Translations under genes and position numbers: made by a program | DNA from: an uncultured virus (IMG/VR IMGVR_UViG_3300023179_000090) | Lineage: Duplodnaviria > Heunggongvirae > Uroviricota > Caudoviricetes > Demerecviridae | IMG/VR virus record: IMGVR_UViG_3300023179_000090 | Reading direction: 5' to 3' (one strand) | DNA length: 64,000 nucleotides | In this document: piece by piece, positions 57,215-64,000 of the stretch | Layout: every line of letters starts with the position of its first letter | Numbering within the stretch: the first letter of the stretch is position 1 | Notes under the pieces: model-generated | What the model was told of the DNA's origin: nothing | The model's database searches: none | Seen by the model: the letters and a program-made list of their open reading frames with translations, nothing else

Positions 57215-60200
57215 ATGCCATTATTAACAACTATTCCTAGAACTGATCTATGTGGCGGAGTAGTGGAAGATCCTAATCCAGTACGTAATCGTGTTTATAT
57301 TAATAATTTAGCATATAATAAAGATACACTCGAAGTTATTGCTAATGCTGATATGGGTATTCCAGGATTCTTTTTTCAAAATGGTACTAGTGATACTGCT
57401 AATAGTGGTACTAATTGGACTGATTATCCTGTAATAATAACTACAAATAAATATGGTGGAACGTTTGCTACAGCTAGACAAGAGTGGCAAGCTAGAATAG
57501 GTAGTTGGGATCCATGGCTACTATTTTTAGACTATAATAATAGTCAAATAACCGGAACAACCGGTAGAGCATTCTATAATCCTGTTACGAGATTAACCAA
57601 TATTTATTGGCCAAGAGATATAACTGGCGATAATATGCGTCAAGATGTATGGGTAGGTGAAAATTTAGAATTTGGCACTAGCTACTATGCACAGTATCAA
57701 AATGATTTTATTATACCAGCAATATTGCGCGAAGATAATCAATGGCTAGCACTAGATCAAAATTTTTATGGTAGTAGTATAGTATGGAATGCATTTAATG
57801 CTTCTGGTACAAGCATAACCCAAACAATTACCTATAATAATAATATACAACATTTTGTGCTAGGCAACGATGATTTGGGTAGATGTTGGTTCTTAGAAGT
57901 TCATGGTGGAACACATGCTTATACTGCTCAAGTAGTAGGATTTAATAGTTCCAGTGGTGCTATAATAACTTCTCAAATGAGAGGTATTACTGGTGGCTAT
58001 AGCAATATTATTAATCAATTTCCTAGTAACTTTATACCTACTAGCTCAAAAAGAAAAGTATTTTATAGTAGTCATTATAATGCTAGTGGTATATTATCTC
58101 CATATAGATTTGTTTGGAATAAGGCCGTAGGTACTATAGAGCACAGTCTTTGTACTATGACATATCCTAATGTGGGAGATACATATGGTACATATGGTGC
58201 TGTATGTACAGATAGTACTACTAACTATAATACTTATGGTAATAATAGTTGGTGGATGAAACCACATATATTTACTAAAGGTGGTAAGAATTATATAATA
58301 TTTTGTACAATTGAAAAAAGTCAGCCATACTTTAGAAGTGAAAGATGGTTGGCAAGTTCTAAACAAAGAGCTTGGTTAACTTATGAAATAAATAGTACTA
58401 ATGACAACAATTTAATATATCACAGCTCTATAACTTGGCCTAGTGTAGATGATATGCCGCGAGGTTTTCTACCCATGAACTCAGATGGGGATAGAATGTT
58501 GGTATTTCAAACTAATAGATTACAAGAATTAGTATTTAATACAACTACTGGATGGGCTATAAGAAAAACAACTAGTTTAGATGTGCGAGCATATGGTATA
58601 GATAGTTCAGACAGAATATATTTAATTACTAGAAGTGGTTCTAGACCCGCTACTACTAGTACAACTGCTGATACTGATGCCAAACTTGGTTATAATGCTA
58701 TTTATATATACGACTCAAATTTACCAAATTCTGTAGAAGTAACATTTAGCAATCCAAGCGGATATACCTATTCTGGTACAAATATTAATACTAATTGTAT
58801 AGTTAGAACTGCTGATGAAAGAGCTGTAAGTATACGAGATCAAGGTCAAATATCTGATTGGTCTCCATTCAATGGTTATTGGAGTAATTTTTTTTCAAGT
58901 ACTACTGGAACTGGAGGACTTGTAAACTTAAGTGTTTCTTCGGGTTTAACTACTGGTACAAATACTATATTTACTATAGAATTTTGGTTATATAAATTTA
59001 CTAATAATGTTCAAAAAACTATATTTGGCAGTGATTTTAAAAATGGAGCAGGTGGTATAAATAATCAAATAGTTTATGATTACGGTGGAGCTTCAGGCAG
59101 ACTAGGATTATATAATGGCACTACCTGGTTAACTTTAGATACTACTGTTAGCCCAAATAATACTTGGTTTCATGTAGCACTAGTACGTAATGATACTAGT
59201 GCTACTGGTACAATTACAGTATATGTAAATGGTATTAGCAGAGGTACTTTCAATAGTTCTGGATTTAATTATCAATTTAGTGGTGGTGCTATAGGCGGAT
59301 TGCGTGGATATAATGAAACTAATAGTGGCGGATGGTATGGATATATAAGTAATTTTAGAATGGTTAAAGGATTAGCTGTTTATACAGGAAATTTTACTGT
59401 ACCAACACAACAACTTACAATTACACAATCAGCTAGTACTAATATTAGTGCAATTACTGGTAATGAGACCTCTATACTTACTTGTCAAGAACGTTTTTTC
59501 AGAGATAGTAGTAACAATAATATAGCAATTAGTGCATTTGGCACAGTTAGTAGTGAACAAATATCACCATTTGTAGTACCTAATAATAATAAAAGTTGGA
59601 GTATGAGAACTAGTTGGTATACTGGTACAGCAGGTAGAATTGGTGTTGAAGGTGGACCGCATTTTGACTTTGATACTGGAGATTTTTGTGTAGAATTTTG
59701 GATGTTTAATAACTACACATTTAATACACAAACTGATGGTTGTGGTATTATAGGACATAAAACAAGTGACAATTTTACTGGCTGGGAAATATTTAGAAGT
59801 GGAGATAGTAAACTTACATTAAGATTAGGTACTGGTACTATAGGTACAACGCTTACTAATTTTGATTTTAAAACTACTTCTAATGTACCACAAGATAATC
59901 TATGGCATCATTGGGCTCTTATCAGACAAAGCAATGGTTTAAAATGGTATATAGATGGAATATTAGATGCAAGTGTAGCTAGTACTCATGATATTAAAGA
60001 TCATCATGCACAATTATGGATTGGATATAATGAAAGAACTACCGCATATTGGAGTGGATGGATAAGTAATTTGCGTATTACTAAAGGTAATTGTGTATAT
60101 ACAAATGCTTTTATACCTCCAACTAGCCCATTAACAGCTATACAAAGTGCTGGCACAAATATTAATGCTATTACTGCTGGCCAATGTACATTATTATTGG

Positions 60201-62056
60201 GTGGTAATACAACATATGATATACGAGATACTGGTAATTTAGTAAATGCTACAGTTAGATTAAAAATAAATGGTCCTAGCGCAACATTTAGTGATGGCAG
60301 TATTATTAAAAATGTAACAACAGTTAATGGCACAGTATCAGTACCTATTATAATTACTGGGTCAGACTATACATCTATAGATGCTTATGGAATTATCCCA
60401 CTTAGCTGGATTACAGCAGCTGGAAGTTTAACGGCTGCAGCTAGAAATGAAAGTTATTCTTATCAAATATTAGTAGATGGCATTAGTGAATTAGTACCTA
60501 CTTATTCAATTAGCAGCGGCAGTCTGCCACCTGGATTAACACTTAATTCTACTACTGGTCTAATAAGTGGGACTCCTACTAATACATCTGGTCAAACGTA
60601 TACTTTTATTATAAGAGTCACTAATGCTACAGATGTTATAGAAAGAAATTTTAGCATATATAGTAGTTTAGATAGACCAGTAATAACTTCACTTGGATAT
60701 CCAAATGCTGCTAATAATATTTATGTAGCAAATATTACTGGAGGCGAAACAGTTACTGTATATGGTAACAATTTCAGAACAAATGCTCAAGTAAGAATAA
60801 ACGAAGCTGCTCAAACAACTACATATTTTAGCGACAGTTATTTAACATTTGTTACTCCTGCTTTAGCAGCTAATACTTATGATTTAACTGTATACAATGA
60901 TGATAATGTTATAAGTACTAAATTTAATATAATTTTTAGTTCTATACCAAGTTTTACAACTAGTGCTACATTAACTGGAATAATGGAAAGTGTAACAACT
61001 ACTATACCTATTAATTATACTGCAGATTCAGCAATAACTTGGACAGTACTATCATCTACACTACCTGGTACATTAACTTTTGATACTTCAATTGGAAGTA
61101 TTGTTGGTAATCCAGGTACAATTCCTACAAATACGGCGAATTATACAATAGCTTTAAAAATAACAGATAGTGAAAATCAAAGCGTTCAAACTATATTTAC
61201 TTTACCTATTTATAAAGTAGGTACTGTTGGACAACAAACTTATACAACACCTGGAAATTATAGTTGGGTATGTCCAGCTAATATAACCTCTGTTAATGTT
61301 CTTTGTGTAGGTGGTGGAGGCAGTGGAGCAGATGGTCAAGGTGGAGGTGGTGGAGGTGGTACTGGGTATAGAAATAATATATCAGTAACTCCTGGTACAT
61401 CATATAGTGTAGTAGTTGGAGCAGGTGGAGTAAATGGATATAGTGGTGGAAATAGCTATTTCAATAATATATCAGTTGTAGCAGGTTATGGTGGTTCAGG
61501 CGGCACAAGCACTAGAGTTGGTGGATCTTATGCTGGTACTGCTGGTGGTCAAGGTGGTTCTGGAGGTTCTGGAGCCGGTGCCGGAGGTGGAGGTACTGGT
61601 GGTTATATTGGTAATGGTGGTTTTGGCGGTGCGGGTGGCTATGTATCTAATACTGCTACTCAAAGTGGTGGAAATGGAGCCGGTGGAGGTGGTGGAGGTG
61701 GTGGCGGAGCATTTAATGCTTATAATACTGAAAATGGCCGAAATGCTGGAGGTGGTGGTGGAGGTATAGGTATATTAGGCCAATCCACTAGTGGTACTGG
61801 TGCTGTTATGATCTATGAAACTGTTTGGGGAGGCGTTGGTCGTGGTGGTACTGGAGGTAGTAATGGCACTAATGGAAGTGATGGTAGTGGAAATTATTTA
61901 TACTTAGATCCTGATCCAGGCGGTGCTGGTGGTACATATGGTGGTGGCGGCGGAGCACCTTCAGGCAGTTCAATAAGTAATGGTGGAAATGGAGCTGTTA
62001 GAATTATCTGGGGACCAAATAGATTTTGGCCTTCTACTAATACTACTGACCAATAA
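57215..62056 (+). CDS. tail / receptor-binding protein, paralog C, with two LamG-like, Ig/IPT-like and Gly-rich domains
   Basis: FTIEFW...WFHVALVR...GYISNFR and FCVEFW...WHHWALIR...WISNLRITKG; SGSLPPGLTLNSTTGLISGTP; YSWVCPA...V.VLCVGGGG...GAVRIIWG. Confidence 0.8.
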   Translation: MPLLTTIPRTDLCGGVVEDPNPVRNRVYINNLAYNKDTLEVIANADMGIPGFFFQNGTSDTANSGTNWTDYPVIITTNKYGGTFATARQEWQARIGSWDPWLLFLDYNNSQITGTTGRAFYNPVTRLTNIYWPRDITGDNMRQDVWVGENLEFGTSYYAQYQNDFIIPAILREDNQWLALDQNFYGSSIVWNAFNASGTSITQTITYNNNIQHFVLGNDDLGRCWFLEVHGGTHAYTAQVVGFNSSSGAIITSQMRGITGGYSNIINQFPSNFIPTSSKRKVFYSSHYNASGILSPYRFVWNKAVGTIEHSLCTMTYPNVGDTYGTYGAVCTDSTTNYNTYGNNSWWMKPHIFTKGGKNYIIFCTIEKSQPYFRSERWLASSKQRAWLTYEINSTNDNNLIYHSSITWPSVDDMPRGFLPMNSDGDRMLVFQTNRLQELVFNTTTGWAIRKTTSLDVRAYGIDSSDRIYLITRSGSRPATTSTTADTDAKLGYNAIYIYDSNLPNSVEVTFSNPSGYTYSGTNINTNCIVRTADERAVSIRDQGQISDWSPFNGYWSNFFSSTTGTGGLVNLSVSSGLTTGTNTIFTIEFWLYKFTNNVQKTIFGSDFKNGAGGINNQIVYDYGGASGRLGLYNGTTWLTLDTTVSPNNTWFHVALVRNDTSATGTITVYVNGISRGTFNSSGFNYQFSGGAIGGLRGYNETNSGGWYGYISNFRMVKGLAVYTGNFTVPTQQLTITQSASTNISAITGNETSILTCQERFFRDSSNNNIAISAFGTVSSEQISPFVVPNNNKSWSMRTSWYTGTAGRIGVEGGPHFDFDTGDFCVEFWMFNNYTFNTQTDGCGIIGHKTSDNFTGWEIFRSGDSKLTLRLGTGTIGTTLTNFDFKTTSNVPQDNLWHHWALIRQSNGLKWYIDGILDASVASTHDIKDHHAQLWIGYNERTTAYWSGWISNLRITKGNCVYTNAFIPPTSPLTAIQSAGTNINAITAGQCTLLLGGNTTYDIRDTGNLVNATVRLKINGPSATFSDGSIIKNVTTVNGTVSVPIIITGSDYTSIDAYGIIPLSWITAAGSLTAAARNESYSYQILVDGISELVPTYSISSGSLPPGLTLNSTTGLISGTPTNTSGQTYTFIIRVTNATDVIERNFSIYSSLDRPVITSLGYPNAANNIYVANITGGETVTVYGNNFRTNAQVRINEAAQTTTYFSDSYLTFVTPALAANTYDLTVYNDDNVISTKFNIIFSSIPSFTTSATLTGIMESVTTTIPINYTADSAITWTVLSSTLPGTLTFDTSIGSIVGNPGTIPTNTANYTIALKITDSENQSVQTIFTLPIYKVGTVGQQTYTTPGNYSWVCPANITSVNVLCVGGGGSGADGQGGGGGGGTGYRNNISVTPGTSYSVVVGAGGVNGYSGGNSYFNNISVVAGYGGSGGTSTRVGGSYAGTAGGQGGSGGSGAGAGGGGTGGYIGNGGFGGAGGYVSNTATQSGGNGAGGGGGGGGGAFNAYNTENGRNAGGGGGGIGILGQSTSGTGAVMIYETVWGGVGRGGTGGSNGTNGSDGSGNYLYLDPDPGGAGGTYGGGGGAPSGSSISNGGNGAVRIIWGPNRFWPSTNTTDQ

Positions 62057-62066
62057 TACTAATAAT

Positions 62067-62100
62067 CTAATATAGCTACTAGTATTAGTAGCTATATTAG
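62067..62100. terminator. perfect 15-bp inverted repeat (possible terminator or processing stem)
   Basis: CTAATATAGCTACTA-GTAT-TAGTAGCTATATTAG; no U-tract. Confidence 0.5.
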
Positions 62101-62121
62101 TCAACTGTATAGGTTAAAATA

Positions 62122-62538
62122 ATGTTTATATTAAATTTTATACCAGATTGGTTTTTTCCGGCCATAACCATATTATCATTATTAATATTTATAATTAGTC
62201 GTTATATTAAGTTACCTCAAGCTCAACTTATACACTATACTAGTATAATATTTTTTGCAATAGGATTATTTATGGTTGGTGCTAATTGGAATAATAACCA
62301 TTGGTTAGCAAAAGTAAAAGAAGTAGAAGCTCAACTTGCAATAGTACAAGCAGAAGCCGCTAAAGAAAATATTAAAATAGTAGAAAAAATAATTACTCGC
62401 CGCGAATTAGTACGTATACAAGGTAATGAGTTAATTAAATATATTGATCGTGAAAAGGTAGTAATTGATGAAAACTGTAAACTACCACAACCAGTAATAG
62501 ATGCACATAATAAAGCAGTACAACCAAATAAGGAGTAG
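62122..62538 (+). CDS. membrane protein, possible Rz-like inner spanin
   Basis: Two N-terminal TM segments, a coiled coil, C-terminal C.LP...IDAHN.A. Confidence 0.5.
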   Translation: MFILNFIPDWFFPAITILSLLIFIISRYIKLPQAQLIHYTSIIFFAIGLFMVGANWNNNHWLAKVKEVEAQLAIVQAEAAKENIKIVEKIITRRELVRIQGNELIKYIDREKVVIDENCKLPQPVIDAHNKAVQPNKE

Positions 62539-62541
62539 TAA

Positions 62542-63231
62542 ATGCCAACCTCAGTAAGGTCAGTTATTTCATCAAATTTTCAAGGTATACAAGGTATACA
62601 AGGTATATCTGGTCAATATGCTAGTCAAGGCGTACAAGGAGCACAAGGACCTTCAGGTGGCCCAACAGGAGCTCAAGGTTTTAGAGGTATACAAGGATTT
62701 AGAGGTTTTCAAGGCGTTCAAGGTACTCTTGGTATTCAGGGTATTCAAGGATTAGATGGTTTATACGTTTCTCAAGGTATTCAAGGTATTCAAGGTATTC
62801 AAGGTAGACAAGGTTTACAGGGTATACAAGGTACCTTTATACAAGGAAGTCAAGGACAAAGTGGTATAAGTTTTAATCAAGGTTTACAAGGTTTACAAGG
62901 CGTACAGGGTCCAGGATTTCAAAACTTACCTAGATCAGGAAATGCAAAAGGATCTGCATATACTTTGGTAAAAACAGACGTAGGCCAATATATAGAAATA
63001 GCTAATACTAATGGTAGTATAATAGTACCACGAGATATATTTGATGCTGGTGATATAGTTTCTATAGCTAATAATTGTGCTGGTAGTATTAATATTACTA
63101 CTAGTAGTACTACTATGTATCTTGCAGGACAAGATACAGCAAAAGCAAGTATTATACTTGCTACTAGAGGAGTAGCAAGTATTTTATTTATGTCACCTAC
63201 TATTTGTATTGTTAGCGGAACCATAGGATAA
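62542..63231 (+). CDS. short collagen-like (G-X-Q) fibre protein
   Basis: G-X-Q repeats, then a YTLVKTDVGQYI...IVP...F.AGD.VSI.N domain. Confidence 0.75.
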   Translation: MPTSVRSVISSNFQGIQGIQGISGQYASQGVQGAQGPSGGPTGAQGFRGIQGFRGFQGVQGTLGIQGIQGLDGLYVSQGIQGIQGIQGRQGLQGIQGTFIQGSQGQSGISFNQGLQGLQGVQGPGFQNLPRSGNAKGSAYTLVKTDVGQYIEIANTNGSIIVPRDIFDAGDIVSIANNCAGSINITTSSTTMYLAGQDTAKASIILATRGVASILFMSPTICIVSGTIG

Positions 63232-63235
63232 TATT

Positions 63236-64000
63236 ATGGCAATAGCACCAGGCATAGCAGGTTTATTTGTTGGAAGTATTAATCCACAAATTGATCTTAC
63301 AACCGCTGTAGCTGGACAAGCTGCTTATACTACTGCTGGTACATATACCTGGACCTGTCCAGCAGGAGTATATAAGGTATCTGTATTGGCTATAGGTGGT
63401 GGTGGAGCAGGTAATAATAGTGGAGGCAGTGGTGGTGGAGGTGGATTATGTTGGAGAAATGAAATTTCTGTTTCTCCAGGATCAGGTTATACAGTGGTAG
63501 TAGGTGCTGGTGGTTCATCTGGAGGAAATGGTGGTGATAGTTATTTTATTAATACTAGTACTATTGTAGCATATGGTGGTGCTGGTGGACTTACAAGAAC
63601 AGGTGGATCCTATCTTAATGTTTTTCGTAGTGGTGGTGGTCAAGGTGGTACTGGTGGTTTAGGTGGTGCTAGTGGCGGAGGTGGGGCTGGCGGCTATACT
63701 GGTAATGGTGGTTATGGTGGCAGAGGCGATTATATACAAAATAGCGCTTTGCAAGTAGGTGGAAATGGAGATGGAGGTGCTGCTGGTGGCGGTGGTGGTG
63801 CTTTTAATACTTATGGTAATGGAAATGGTGTTTTCCCAGGAGGAAGTGGTGGAGGAACAGGTATATTCGGTATTGGTACTAGTGGTCTTGGTGGATACTC
63901 TACTTATGGTTATTGGGGTGTAGATGGTGGCGGAGGTGCGGCTGGTAGTGGTGGATTTAATGGTAGTAACGGCGGCGGTAATTTCTATTGGCAAGTAGCA
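63236..64000 (+). CDS. glycine-rich tail protein (runs off the window)
   Basis: MAIAPG...GQAAYTTAGTYTWTCPAGVYKVSVLAIGGGG; paralogous to the C-terminus of 57215-62056. Confidence 0.75.
   Translation, partial: MAIAPGIAGLFVGSINPQIDLTTAVAGQAAYTTAGTYTWTCPAGVYKVSVLAIGGGGAGNNSGGSGGGGGLCWRNEISVSPGSGYTVVVGAGGSSGGNGGDSYFINTSTIVAYGGAGGLTRTGGSYLNVFRSGGGQGGTGGLGGASGGGGAGGYTGNGGYGGRGDYIQNSALQVGGNGDGGAAGGGGGAFNTYGNGNGVFPGGSGGGTGIFGIGTSGLGGYSTYGYWGVDGGGGAAGSGGFNGSNGGGNFYWQVA

Noticed and set aside
60990..64000. Diversity-generating retroelement template/variable pair between the two Gly-rich domains
   Set aside because: Differences are not adenine-specific, both copies are coding, and no reverse transcriptase is in the window.
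1..64000. Stop-codon reassignment, suggested by abundant CTAG/TAG
   Set aside because: Genes are full length under the standard code, several end at TAG, and no suppressor tRNA is seen.

Overview
A 64-kb slice of an AT-rich, T5-like (Demerecviridae-like) siphophage genome, read in the reverse of the usual T5 orientation. From left to right: (1) 1-6.9 kb is an early region with three tRNAs, small genes, sigma70-type promoters and several structured non-coding RNA candidates, one of about 800 nt. (2) 6.9-13.2 kb is a repeat- and palindrome-rich block of minus-strand genes that occupies the place of T5's terminal repeat / first-step-transfer region. It encodes two of three A2-like proteins, a DEDDh exonuclease, a HAD phosphatase, a PQ-loop protein and a SprT-like protease. 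(3) 13.3-15.2 kb holds a PlcP-like phosphoesterase and an Agt-like GT4 glycosyltransferase. (4) 15.2-31 kb holds T5-like packaging, head and tail genes. (5) 31-64 kb holds a lambda-type tail tip, a Hint-domain tail protein, a 3510-aa Gly-X-Gln collagen-like fibre and three paralogous tail proteins. The most striking signal is in block 2: seven copies of a non-coding cassette (paired AlgR/LytTR-type boxes 21 bp apart, a sigma70 promoter with no ORF behind it, and an AT-rich palindrome), three of them followed by bacterial chromosome-type parS sites. All assignments come from reading motifs by eye; no database searches were run.
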